64,000 nt of DNA from NCBI GenBank assembly GCA_963728985.1, contig CAVSME010000008.1, positions 153,485 to 217,484 of the forward strand. Reading direction: 5' to 3'. The position numbers and the translations under genes were made by a program. Below the pieces are notes generated by a model, which was given only the letters and a program-made list of their open reading frames with translations, made no database searches and was not told the DNA's origin. Numbering within the stretch: the stretch's first letter is position 1; every line of letters begins with the position of its first letter. This DNA is from an uncultured Acidimicrobiales bacterium. Lineage in GTDB: Bacteria > Actinomycetota > Acidimicrobiia > Acidimicrobiales > Ilumatobacteraceae. Positions 45,409-54,798 of the stretch are shown one piece after another.

Positions 45409-47241
45409 GTGGACGTCGAACCTGCCATCGTCGAGCTCATCGGAGACGTTGCCTTCGATCCCGATGCGTTGCGGGACAAGTACCGGGAGGAGCGCGACCG
45501 CCGGCTGCGGCCCGACGCCAACGACCAGTACGTCGAGGTGAAGGCCGAGTTCTCCAACTACGTCGACGATCCCTACGTGGAGCCGGGCTACAGCCGCGAG
45601 CCCCTGTTCGACGACGTCGACATCGCCATCATCGGCGGTGGGTTCGGCGGCCTCCTGATGGGCGCCCGCCTGCGGGAAGCGGGCTTCGAGCGCATCCGCC
45701 TCATCGAGAAGGCGGGCGACGTCGGCGGCACCTGGTACTGGAACCGCTACCCCGGCGCCATGTGCGACGTGGAGTCCTATGTGTACCTGCCCCTCCTCGA
45801 GGAGATGGGCTACGTCCCGAAGCACAAGTACTCCTTCGCCCCCGAGATCATGGAGTACAGCAGGGCCATCGCCGAGCGCTTCGACCTCTACCGGGACGCC
45901 CTGTTCCAGACGGGTGTGGCCGAGCTGCGCTGGGACGACGAGCACGACCGCTGGATCATCAGCACCGATCGCGGCGACCGCATGACGGCCCGCTTCGTGG
46001 CCATGGCCAACGGCCCCCTCAGCCGGCCCAAGCTCCCCGGCATCCCCGGCATCGACGAGTTCAAGGGCTACACGTTCCACACCAGTCGCTGGGACTACGG
46101 CTACACCGGCGGTGACTCCACCGGTGGGTTGACGAAGCTGGCCGACAAGCGCGTCGGCATCATCGGCACGGGCGCCACCGCCATCCAGTGCATCCCGCAC
46201 CTCGGCGAGTGGGCCAAGGAGCTCTACGTCTTCCAGCGCACGCCGTCGTCCATCGACTTCCGCAACAACCGGGAGACCGACTCCGAGTGGGCACAGGCGC
46301 TCGAGCCCGGGTGGCAGCAGCGGCGCATGGACAACTTCAACACGCTCGTGAGCGGCGGGGACGCCGACGTCGACCTCGTGGCCGACGGCTGGACGGACAT
46401 CTTCCGCAACCTCACCGGGATCGCCGCCAAGCAGGCCAGCCGCAAGCTGGGGCGCCGCCTCACGCCACTGGAGAAGGCCGAGCTGATGGAGCTGGCCGAC
46501 TTCCAGAAGATGGAGGCCATCCGGTCGCGGGTCGAGCAGGTCGTGCAGGACCCGGCCACGGCGGAAGCGCTCAAGCCGTGGTACCGCCAGTTCTGCAAGC
46601 GGCCCTGCTTCCACGACGAGTACCTCGACACGTACAACCGGCCGAACGTGCATCTGGTCGACACCGCCGGCAAGGGCGTGGAACTGCTCACCGAGCGGGG
46701 TGTCGTGGTGGACGGCACCGAGTACGAGCTCGACTGCCTGATCTTCGCCACCGGCTTCGAGGTCGGCACCACCTACACCCGCCGCGCCGGCTACGACATC
46801 GTCGGGCGCGACGGCGTGACGCTGTCGGACAAGTGGGCCAACGGGCTGCGCACACTGCATGGGCTGCAGTCGAGTGGGTTCCCGAACTGCTTCTTCCTCG
46901 GCTTCACCCAGACGGCCGTGACCGTCAGCGTGCCTTACGCGCTGAACGAGCAGGCCAAGCACGTGACCTACATCCTCGACGAGGCCCGGACCCGGGGCGC
47001 GACCACGGTGGAGATCACGACCGAGGCCGAGCAGGACTGGCTCGACGAGATGCGCGACAAGTCGCGCTTCGCGGAGCGCTTCTACTCGGCGTGCACGCCG
47101 GGCTACTACAACAACGAGGGCAACCTTGGGAACCCCAACGGGTTCTTCGCCGGCATGTACGGCGCCGGGCCCCTGCGGTTCTTCGACATCCTCGAGGAGT
47201 GGCGGGCCACCGGCGACCTCCCCGGCGTGGTCCTCGCCTGA
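45409..47241 (+). CDS. Baeyer-Villiger monooxygenase (type I), paralogue
   Basis: IIGGGFGGL, AGDVGGTWYWNRYPG, FKGYTFHTSRW, and GIIGTGATAIQ. GTG start with GGGAG upstream. Confidence 0.92.
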   Translation: MDVEPAIVELIGDVAFDPDALRDKYREERDRRLRPDANDQYVEVKAEFSNYVDDPYVEPGYSREPLFDDVDIAIIGGGFGGLLMGARLREAGFERIRLIEKAGDVGGTWYWNRYPGAMCDVESYVYLPLLEEMGYVPKHKYSFAPEIMEYSRAIAERFDLYRDALFQTGVAELRWDDEHDRWIISTDRGDRMTARFVAMANGPLSRPKLPGIPGIDEFKGYTFHTSRWDYGYTGGDSTGGLTKLADKRVGIIGTGATAIQCIPHLGEWAKELYVFQRTPSSIDFRNNRETDSEWAQALEPGWQQRRMDNFNTLVSGGDADVDLVADGWTDIFRNLTGIAAKQASRKLGRRLTPLEKAELMELADFQKMEAIRSRVEQVVQDPATAEALKPWYRQFCKRPCFHDEYLDTYNRPNVHLVDTAGKGVELLTERGVVVDGTEYELDCLIFATGFEVGTTYTRRAGYDIVGRDGVTLSDKWANGLRTLHGLQSSGFPNCFFLGFTQTAVTVSVPYALNEQAKHVTYILDEARTRGATTVEITTEAEQDWLDEMRDKSRFAERFYSACTPGYYNNEGNLGNPNGFFAGMYGAGPLRFFDILEEWRATGDLPGVVLA

Positions 47242-47250
47242 AAACGCGAA

Positions 47251-47291
47251 CTGGGGCGCCTACGCGCGACATGCGCGCGCAGGCGCCCCAG
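47251..47291. terminator. bidirectional hairpin between convergent genes
   Basis: CTGGGGCGCCT (47251-47261) pairs perfectly with AGGCGCCCCAG (47281-47291), with further CGCGCG pairing inside. It sits between the stops at 47241 and 47303. Confidence 0.6.
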
Positions 47292-47302
47292 CTCTCAGTC
47301 CG

Positions 47303-49039
47303 CTAGCCCCGGCCGTGGCGCAGCAGCCGCCCCGGCGTGGCGCCCGTGCACTCGCCCGACTCGAACGTGACCTCGCCGTTGACGATGATCTGCTGGTAGC
47401 CCTTGGCCCGCTGCACGCGCCGCCACTCGCCACCAGGCAGGTCGTACTCGGCCTCGCCGATCCACGGCGGATCGATGGCGAGTTCCTCCATGTCGTAGAT
47501 GACGACGTCGGCCGCCGCGCCTTCACGCAGCGTGCCCCGGTCGCGGAAGCCGGCGGCATGGGCGGCCAGGGCCGACAGCCGATAGTGGGCCTCTTCCAGC
47601 GTGAGCACCTTCTCGTCCCGCACCAGCCAGGTGAGGAAGTCCGTGGTGTAGGCGCCACCAGTGAAGAACTTGGTGTGCGCACCACCGTCGGACACGCCCG
47701 GGATGGAGTAGGGCTCGGCCATCATCTCCTTCATGAACTCGGCGTTCGAGCCCTTGTCCGGGCCGAGGAACTCCACGTTCAGGTCGCCGGCCAGTGACAG
47801 ATCGATCATCGCCTCGATGGGGTGCTTGCCTTGCTCGGCGGCGATGTCGCCCACGCTGCGCCCGACGGCCCACTGCAGATCGGCCTGCCGGTTCACGCCC
47901 TGGATGATGAGCCCGGCGGGGTTGCCGCCGACACCGGCCTGGATGACGCGCAGCCGCTTGTCGGCCTCCTCGGCCTCGGCCACGAGCGCCTCGCGCAGCT
48001 CCGGGTCCTGCATCTTCTCGATCTTCTCTTCCTTCGTGCCCGTGGTGACGGCTCGCCACGCCGGCGACGCGTCGTAGAGGTTCCAGTGCTCCAGGGTGAA
48101 GGCGAAGCCGGCCCGGCCGGTGCCGCACTGGGCGAACATCGGCAGGCCCTTCTCACGGCAGCGCTCGATCCAGCGCAACGGCCGCTGGTGCACCGCCGGG
48201 TCCTTGCGGGCCGGGGCCACGGCGTTGAAGAGGATGGGGCGCTTGGCCACCTCGGCCAGCTTCTCCAGGAACGCCAGGTCGGCCTTGATGTCGCCGGTGG
48301 CCTGCGTCATCTGGATGAAGCCCTCGTCCCGCTCGGCCAGCACCTGGCCGAGGGCGAGGATGTCCTCGTCGCACATGGTGTCGGTCACCATCGGCGTGCC
48401 GTCGAAGTCGGCCTGCACCGAGTTGGGCCCGAGGCGTTGGATGGAGAAGCCGCACAGGCCGGCGTCCATGCCCTCGTGCAGGAGCCGCTGCATCTCCTTG
48501 CGCTCCTGGTCGGTGGCGGGGCGGGACTTGGCCGCCTCGAGCCCCATCACGTAGGTCATCAGCGATGCGGTGGGCATGTACTGGATGACGTTGACGCCCT
48601 TCGGCGCCCGATCCAGCGAGTCGAGGTACTCCGGGATGGTCTCCCAGTCCCAGTGCGGGAGCATGCCCTCGACCATCGACTCGTACGGGATGGCCTCGGT
48701 GCGGGTCATCGTGAGCATCGAGCGATCACGGAAGTCGGGCTTGACGGGCACGAACCCGAAGCCGCAGTTGCCGAGCACCACGGACGTGACGCCGTGCCAG
48801 CCGGAGATCGTGCACCACGGGTCCCAGCGGATCTGGGCGTCGTAGTGGGTGTGGAGATCGACGAAGCCGGGCGCGACGATCTTGCCCTTGGCATCGATGA
48901 CTCGCTCGGCGACGCCCGTCGGGCGGCCCCCGATCTGGGTGATCTTTCCGTCCTTGATCCAGACGTCCGCCTGGTATCGAGGAACTCGAGTGCCGTCCAC
49001 CACCGTGCCTCCGGTGATGTGGATGTCCGCGTCGCTCAT
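47303..49039 (-). CDS. N-acyl-D-amino-acid deacylase family amidohydrolase
   Basis: ATG 49039. ITGGTVVDGT...KDGKI..IG...APGFVDLHTHYD...GVTSVVLGNCG...PGVSDGGAHTKF. Confidence 0.9.
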   Translation of the reverse strand: MSDADIHITGGTVVDGTRVPRYQADVWIKDGKITQIGGRPTGVAERVIDAKGKIVAPGFVDLHTHYDAQIRWDPWCTISGWHGVTSVVLGNCGFGFVPVKPDFRDRSMLTMTRTEAIPYESMVEGMLPHWDWETIPEYLDSLDRAPKGVNVIQYMPTASLMTYVMGLEAAKSRPATDQERKEMQRLLHEGMDAGLCGFSIQRLGPNSVQADFDGTPMVTDTMCDEDILALGQVLAERDEGFIQMTQATGDIKADLAFLEKLAEVAKRPILFNAVAPARKDPAVHQRPLRWIERCREKGLPMFAQCGTGRAGFAFTLEHWNLYDASPAWRAVTTGTKEEKIEKMQDPELREALVAEAEEADKRLRVIQAGVGGNPAGLIIQGVNRQADLQWAVGRSVGDIAAEQGKHPIEAMIDLSLAGDLNVEFLGPDKGSNAEFMKEMMAEPYSIPGVSDGGAHTKFFTGGAYTTDFLTWLVRDEKVLTLEEAHYRLSALAAHAAGFRDRGTLREGAAADVVIYDMEELAIDPPWIGEAEYDLPGGEWRRVQRAKGYQQIIVNGEVTFESGECTGATPGRLLRHGRG

Positions 49040-49116
49040 GCGGGCCCCTTTCCTAATCCCCTGACGAAAACGTACCTGGTCGCGACTCCGGACACTCAAC
49101 TCTGGAGTGCGAGGAT

Positions 49117-49989
49117 GTGAAGGTGACTGACACCGACACGGAGCGGCAGGTCGACCCCGCGGTCGAATGCCACCTCGCCGAGCTCCAGCGCAACGGCTAC
49201 AGCGTGCGCCGGGACGCCCTGTCGCCTGCACTTTGTGACGAGATCCTGGACGAGCTGGCCCGCATGGACGGCACCTGGGGCCGGTCGCTGGTGCAGTCCT
49301 TCCACGGCCGTCGCACGGTTCGGTACTTCGACCTGCTCAACGCTGCTGCCGTGTTCCAGCAGCCGCCGGTGCACGATCACATCCTGCCGGTGGTCCGCGG
49401 CGTCGTCGGCCACGACTGCCTCCTCAGCACATACGGGACTGCATCGATCGGTCCCGGCGAGCCGGCCCAAGCCGTCCACGCCGACGACGTCATGTACCGC
49501 CTCCCCCGCCCCCACCGCGACATCTTCTGCAACGTGATGATCGCCCTGTCGGACTTCACCGAGGAAAACGGCGCCACTCGCATCGTGCCGGGCAGTCACC
49601 ACTGGGATGAGTATCCCGAGATCAAGGTCATGGCGGACGGCGAGATCGACACCCGCTACCCGTCGATCGCGGCCGAGATGCCCAAGGGCAGCGTGTGCTT
49701 CTTCCTCGGCACGACGTACCACGGAGGCGGGGCCAACCGCTCGGACAGCCAGCGCCACGGCATCGTCATGGCGTACTGCGCCGGTTGGCTGCGCCCGCAG
49801 GAGAACTTCACGGTTGCCGTCGCCCAGGAGCGCGCCGCCGGCTTCGACCCGGACCTGCGCCGGCTGATGGGCTGGCGGCCCGCCCACAAGGGCGCACTTG
49901 GCATCATCTACACCCACCCGCGGCACCTGAGCGGGCCCCTTGCCCACAGCCTGGTCTCGCCGCAGGCGCCTCAGGAGGATCTCGCATGA
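49117..49989 (+). CDS. phytanoyl-CoA dioxygenase (PhyH) family Fe(II)/2OG oxygenase
   Basis: QAVHADD (HxD) ... NGATRIVPGSHHW ... YHGGGANRS. Start is GTG 49117, or 49123, which has better spacing to GAGGA. Confidence 0.88.
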   Translation: MKVTDTDTERQVDPAVECHLAELQRNGYSVRRDALSPALCDEILDELARMDGTWGRSLVQSFHGRRTVRYFDLLNAAAVFQQPPVHDHILPVVRGVVGHDCLLSTYGTASIGPGEPAQAVHADDVMYRLPRPHRDIFCNVMIALSDFTEENGATRIVPGSHHWDEYPEIKVMADGEIDTRYPSIAAEMPKGSVCFFLGTTYHGGGANRSDSQRHGIVMAYCAGWLRPQENFTVAVAQERAAGFDPDLRRLMGWRPAHKGALGIIYTHPRHLSGPLAHSLVSPQAPQEDLA

Positions 49990-50492
49990 ACGTGGCCGAC
50001 GTCTTCCTCGAGCTGTACGGCCGCGTCCCGCCGCTGGCCCGCGACGCTGCCGACGGTCTCGATGCGGAGCAACTGGCAGCCACACCCGCGCCGGGCACGA
50101 ACAGCATCGGCTGGTTGGTGTGGCACCTGGCCCGGGTGCAGGACCATCACATCGCCGAGCTGCTCGACGCGCCGCAGCTCTGGGCCGGCGGCGACTGGGC
50201 CAGCCGCTGCGGACTGGCGCCCGATCCGCGCAACACCGGCTACGGCCACTCCCCCGCCGACGTCGCCGCCGTCCGGCCGGTGGACGCGGCGGCCGTGCTC
50301 GACTACCTCGACGCCGTCGACGAGCGCACGCGGTCGTTTCTGGCCGGTGTCATGCCAGACGACCTCGACCGCATCGTGGACCGCCGTTGGGATCCGCCCG
50401 TCACACTCGGCGTGCGCCTCGTGAGCGTGGCCGACGACTGCCTGCAGCACGCCGGCCAGGCCGCCTACGTGCGCGGCCTGCTCGGGTCCTGA
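49986..50492 (+). CDS. DinB/DUF664 family protein (mycothiol-transferase-like)
   Basis: ATG overlaps the PhyH stop (ATGA). NSIGWLVWHLARVQDHHI...CLQHAGQAAYVRG. Confidence 0.8.
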   Translation: MNVADVFLELYGRVPPLARDAADGLDAEQLAATPAPGTNSIGWLVWHLARVQDHHIAELLDAPQLWAGGDWASRCGLAPDPRNTGYGHSPADVAAVRPVDAAAVLDYLDAVDERTRSFLAGVMPDDLDRIVDRRWDPPVTLGVRLVSVADDCLQHAGQAAYVRGLLGS

Positions 50493-50502
50493 GCGCACGC
50501 CC

Positions 50503-51297
50503 TCAGCGGGCGGCGAAGATGGCTTGCGTGAGCGGGTCGGCAGCCAGGAACAGCTCGACGGTCATCTCCGTGAGCGTGAGGTCGACGGGCGTGCCGAACG
50601 TGGCCATCACCGTGTACATCGACAGCTCGACGCCACTGTGCTCGAGCACCCATGGCATGACCGGGTCGTCGGCGTGCGCCGTCCAGCGTGACCACGTCTC
50701 CCGGGGAGCGATGTTCGGCCACTCGGCGATCTCGGCGGCCAGCGCCTCCGCCTCGGCCGAGCGGGTGCGGCGCACGATGAGATCGAGCTGGCGCAGGAGG
50801 TAGGCCGACCACTGCTCGAAGTTCCGGGTGCGACGGGCGAAGCCGTCGGGGTGCAGGGAGATGCGGAAGATGTTGGTGGGGTCGCCGCGCGCCTCGCGGG
50901 AGATGCCGTCGCCGAGCCAGGCCGACGCGTCGTTCCAGAGCTGCACCGTCCAGCACCGGTCGATGGCCACGGCGGGGAACGGCTCGTGCGCATCGAGGAA
51001 CGCCTGCAGCGAGCGCCGCACGGTCGCCATGGACGCGTCGTCGAGCGGCGTCTCGGCATGACGCGGCGCGTGACCGGCGGCGATGAGCCAGTCGTTCTGC
51101 TCGCGCGCCGTCACGCCGAGCCGGTTGGCGATCACGATCAGCAGCTCGGGGCTCGGGCGGGACTTGCCGAGCTCCACGAAGCTCAGGTGGCGGGCCGAGA
51201 CGCCGACGTCGAGCGCCAGGTCGAGCTGGCTGCGGCGGGCGCTCACCCGCCGCTCACGGATCAGCGGACCCACACCCCGGGTGCGTACGGCGGCCAT
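50503..51297 (-). CDS. MmyB-like XRE-family transcriptional regulator
   Basis: N-terminal HTH (LIRERRVSARRSQLDLALDVGVSARHLSFVELGKSRPS), then the MmyB-type ligand domain (PAVAIDRCWTVQLWND...NIFRISLHPDG). Confidence 0.88.
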   Translation of the reverse strand: MAAVRTRGVGPLIRERRVSARRSQLDLALDVGVSARHLSFVELGKSRPSPELLIVIANRLGVTAREQNDWLIAAGHAPRHAETPLDDASMATVRRSLQAFLDAHEPFPAVAIDRCWTVQLWNDASAWLGDGISREARGDPTNIFRISLHPDGFARRTRNFEQWSAYLLRQLDLIVRRTRSAEAEALAAEIAEWPNIAPRETWSRWTAHADDPVMPWVLEHSGVELSMYTVMATFGTPVDLTLTEMTVELFLAADPLTQAIFAAR

Positions 51298-51384
51298 CGT
51301 CGTCGAACGTACCGGCGGCAGCTGCCCGCATCGAGTACCTCACAGGTACTCGATGTGATGACGTCGATCGTTCACCGTTGAGGC

Positions 51385-51777
51385 ATGACACAGACCACGA
51401 ACGAAACCGCCATGGACGCCTTCGTCGCCCGCTACATCGAGATGTGGAACGAGCCTGACCCCGCCAAGCGCCGGGCGATCATCGACACACAATGGGCTCC
51501 GGGCGCGGGGAACTACACGCTCACCATGGAGGCGGTGGGACTCGACGCCATCGAAGCCAGAGTGACTCGGGCGTACGACGCCTACGTCGGTACCGGCCTC
51601 CACCGCTTCCGACAGCATCAGCCCTATGTCGCCCATCACGGCGCCGTGCGGGTCTGGTGGGAGATGGTCACAGTCGACGGCGGTGAGGTCGTCGGTCTCG
51701 GCCACGAGTTCCTCGTGCTCGACAACGAGGGCCGCATCGTGTCCGATCACCAGTTCCCCATTGCGATGGACGGATAA
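51385..51777 (+). CDS. SnoaL/NTF2-like protein
   Basis: 130 aa (AFVARYIEMWNEPDPAKRRAII...). Divergent from the MmyB regulator, a common pairing. Confidence 0.7.
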   Translation: MTQTTNETAMDAFVARYIEMWNEPDPAKRRAIIDTQWAPGAGNYTLTMEAVGLDAIEARVTRAYDAYVGTGLHRFRQHQPYVAHHGAVRVWWEMVTVDGGEVVGLGHEFLVLDNEGRIVSDHQFPIAMDG

Positions 51778-51836
51778 CGCGCGCGGCGCGGGACGATAAC
51801 GTCGCGCCCCGTGGGGGGAGATCGACCCGCGGGTCG

Positions 51837-52835
51837 TTGACGATGAGCGGTCTACCGCCGCCGGGACTGCCGCCGCCGCAGCCGACGTCCCCAGTGGAGT
51901 TGCCGCCTGCGGCCGAACCGTCCCGCACGGCCAGGGTCCGGGCACGAGTCGACGCGGCCAAAGCCAAAGGGGCGGAGTACCTCGCCCAGCTCGAGGCGGC
52001 CCGGCCCCGCCATCGCACCGTCGACGTCGCCTTCGTGTCGATCGAACGAGACACGGCGGCGGCCGGTTCGGTGCTGGCCGCCGCCGCCGCGTTCCGGATC
52101 TTCCTGTTCATGGTGCCGTACGTCTTCGTGCTCGTTTACGGCTTCGGGCTGGCGTCGTCAGCCTCGGGCACCGATGCGCAGGACTTGGCGCAGCGAGCCG
52201 GCATCGCTGGTCTGCTGGCGGCTTCGATCCAGGTGGCCGACGATCAGCCTCTGTTCACTCGAATCGTGGTGTTCCTCACGGCGCTCTACGCGCTGTTCAG
52301 CACGTCGAAATCGCTCCTCAAGGTTCTGGCCGCTGTTCATGCGTTGGCCTGGCAGTTGCCTCTGAGGCGGGTGCGGAAGATCACCAAGCCGGCGCTTCTC
52401 TTCATCGTGATCGTGACCGCCGCGCTGCTTCTCGTCCGTGGGATCCTCTGGCTCCGCGACCAGTCGTTCATCGCTGGATTCACCGCGGAGGTGTTGTTCA
52501 TCGCCATCCCGACGTGGTTCTGGCTCGAGGTCTCGCGACGCTTCTTCGTCCACGCCGAGGGGGCGGGCTGGCGCGATTTCCTCCCTGGCGCTGTCCTGTT
52601 CGGCGTCGGTGTGCAGGTCCTGCACTTTGTGACGGTGTACTGGATCACCCATCTGCTCGAATCCAAGTCCGAGACCTATGGCGCGATCGGCGCCGCGCTC
52701 GCCATCCTGTTCTGGGCCTATCTCCTGGGGCGGATGCTCGCGGCGTCTGCAGTCCTGAACGCAGCGGCATGGCAGCAACGCCATCCGGCCCCGCTCCCGT
52801 CGCTCCCGCCACCCCCGCCACCGGGGCCACGGTGA
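51837..52835 (+). CDS. YihY/BrkB family membrane protein
   Basis: Six predicted TM segments, AAAAFRIFLFMVPYVFVLV, and a Pro-rich C-terminus. The start could be ATG 51843. Confidence 0.8.
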   Translation: MTMSGLPPPGLPPPQPTSPVELPPAAEPSRTARVRARVDAAKAKGAEYLAQLEAARPRHRTVDVAFVSIERDTAAAGSVLAAAAAFRIFLFMVPYVFVLVYGFGLASSASGTDAQDLAQRAGIAGLLAASIQVADDQPLFTRIVVFLTALYALFSTSKSLLKVLAAVHALAWQLPLRRVRKITKPALLFIVIVTAALLLVRGILWLRDQSFIAGFTAEVLFIAIPTWFWLEVSRRFFVHAEGAGWRDFLPGAVLFGVGVQVLHFVTVYWITHLLESKSETYGAIGAALAILFWAYLLGRMLAASAVLNAAAWQQRHPAPLPSLPPPPPPGPR

Positions 52836-52845
52836 GCTCGACAGC

Positions 52846-54798
52846 ATGTTGATCGTCGCCGCTACCGCTCCCGCGATCATTGCCTGGACCGTGCTCGGAC
52901 CGCCGGCGGCTTTTGTCGTGACCGTCGGCGCCGGTCGGCTGCTCGGGGCCCGCCGCAGCTGGTTCGCCTTGTCGCTCGCCGGGCTGGTCGGTTGGACGCT
53001 CGGCGTGCTGTCCGCCGGCGTCATCACCGGTTGGCAATGGGACGCGCTCGAGATGGTCCTGTTGGCCCTACTCCTCGGCACCCTCTTCACGATGATCGCC
53101 GCGCTCGGCATCGACCTCCTGGCGCCGATGGGATCGCTGGCGAGGGGCGAGCAGGCGGGCCTGCTCAACCTGCGCAACCCGCTGAAGGGCTTTCAGGAGG
53201 CGGTCCGTCCGATCCGCCGCTACCGCGAGGTCCTGCATCTCGCGTGGGTCAACGGCGTGACGACCTACCGACCGGACCCGGCGACCCTGCCGGTCGGCGT
53301 GCGTCAGACACTCGAGCAGGCCGGCGGGATGTTGGTGAAGCTCGGCCAAGTTGCCTCCACGCGTGCCGACGTGCTGCCGGTGGCGTGGTGCGACGAGTTG
53401 GCGCTCCTTCGCAGCCAAGCGGAGCCGGCGTCGGCCGATGTCATTCGCCCCGTGCTGGAGGGAGAGCTCGGCGCGTCGGTCGAGGACGCCTTCGCCCGCT
53501 TCGACTGGGAGCCGATCGCCAGCGCGTCCATCGCCCAGGTGTACGGCGCCGAACTGCACGACGGCACGCCGGTCGTCGTCAAGGTGGAGCGGCCGGGTCT
53601 GGAAGCGACGATCGCGCTCGACGGTGCCGCCATCATGCAGTTGGCCGGCCTGATCGAGCGGCGCACGACGCTCGGGCTCGCGCTGCGGCCGACTCAGCTC
53701 GCCGCCGAGTTCATCGACAACGTGCGCGAGGAGCTCGACTTCCACATCGAGGCCGCCAACGTCGAAGCCGTCGCCTTGGCGCTGGCCGGGACCGATCGAG
53801 TCCGAGTGCCCACGCTCTACCCGGCGCTGTCGACCTGGTCGGTCCTGACCGAGGAACGCGTCCAGGGTCGATCCGTCGCCGATGTCGAACGCCTCCGCGC
53901 CCTCGGCCTCGACCCCGCAGCTGTGGCCCAGCGCCTGCTCGACGCCTTCGTGACGCAGGTTTTCGACGCCGGCGTCTTCCACTCCGACCCGCATCCGGGC
54001 AACATCCTCGTCGAGGACGACGGCACCATCGTGCTGATCGACCTCGGTGCCGTCGGCAGGCTCGGTCCGAATCAGCGGACGCTGGTGCTGCAGATGCTCG
54101 CGGGGGCCGGAGCGGGCGACGCGACCCTGCTGCGTGAGGCCATCAGCGAGGTGACGGTCCTCGCGCCGCAAACGGACGTGCGCCAGCTCGACCTCGACAT
54201 CGACGACATGCTCGGGCGCCATCTGCGCCCGGGCGGCGGCATCACCACCGCGGCGTTCCAGGACCTGATCCTGCTCGTCGGGCGGCACGGCATCCAGCTC
54301 CCCCGCTGGTTCGGCACCTTGGCGCGCACGCTGGTCACGCTGGAAGGCACGCTCCGCTCGATCGACCCGAGCTTCTCGCTGGTCGACGCCGCCCAGGCCC
54401 GCGCCGGCAACGTGTTCGTCGGCCGGGTCAGGCCGTCGTCGATCCGCGACGTTCTCGAGCAGGAGGCGATGACTCAGCTCCCTCGTCTCCAACGCCTGCC
54501 CGAGCGGGTCGACGAGTTGCTCGGTCAAGCCGTGAGCGGCCGCCTGTCCGGTCGGCTGGCCCTCTTCTCCCACGAGGGCGACGAACGCCTGGTGCGGGGG
54601 ATGGTGGACCGCCTCGTGCTGGCGCTGCTGTCGGCATCGCTCGGGATCGGGTCCGTGCTGCTGCTCAACGTCGAGGCGGGGCCGACCCTCAGCGACACGG
54701 TGACCCTCAACGAGGTGCTCGGCTACCTCGGCCTGGCGTGCGCCACCGTCCTCGCCCTCAGAGTCATCGCCGGCGTGGTCAGGGACGGGCTCACGTGA
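52846..54798 (+). CDS. ABC1/UbiB (AarF) family atypical kinase with flanking TM segments
   Basis: LVKLGQVASTRADVLP, PIASASIAQVYGA, VVKVERPG, and HSDPHPGNILV...LIDLGAVGRL. Confidence 0.9.
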   Translation: MLIVAATAPAIIAWTVLGPPAAFVVTVGAGRLLGARRSWFALSLAGLVGWTLGVLSAGVITGWQWDALEMVLLALLLGTLFTMIAALGIDLLAPMGSLARGEQAGLLNLRNPLKGFQEAVRPIRRYREVLHLAWVNGVTTYRPDPATLPVGVRQTLEQAGGMLVKLGQVASTRADVLPVAWCDELALLRSQAEPASADVIRPVLEGELGASVEDAFARFDWEPIASASIAQVYGAELHDGTPVVVKVERPGLEATIALDGAAIMQLAGLIERRTTLGLALRPTQLAAEFIDNVREELDFHIEAANVEAVALALAGTDRVRVPTLYPALSTWSVLTEERVQGRSVADVERLRALGLDPAAVAQRLLDAFVTQVFDAGVFHSDPHPGNILVEDDGTIVLIDLGAVGRLGPNQRTLVLQMLAGAGAGDATLLREAISEVTVLAPQTDVRQLDLDIDDMLGRHLRPGGGITTAAFQDLILLVGRHGIQLPRWFGTLARTLVTLEGTLRSIDPSFSLVDAAQARAGNVFVGRVRPSSIRDVLEQEAMTQLPRLQRLPERVDELLGQAVSGRLSGRLALFSHEGDERLVRGMVDRLVLALLSASLGIGSVLLLNVEAGPTLSDTVTLNEVLGYLGLACATVLALRVIAGVVRDGLT

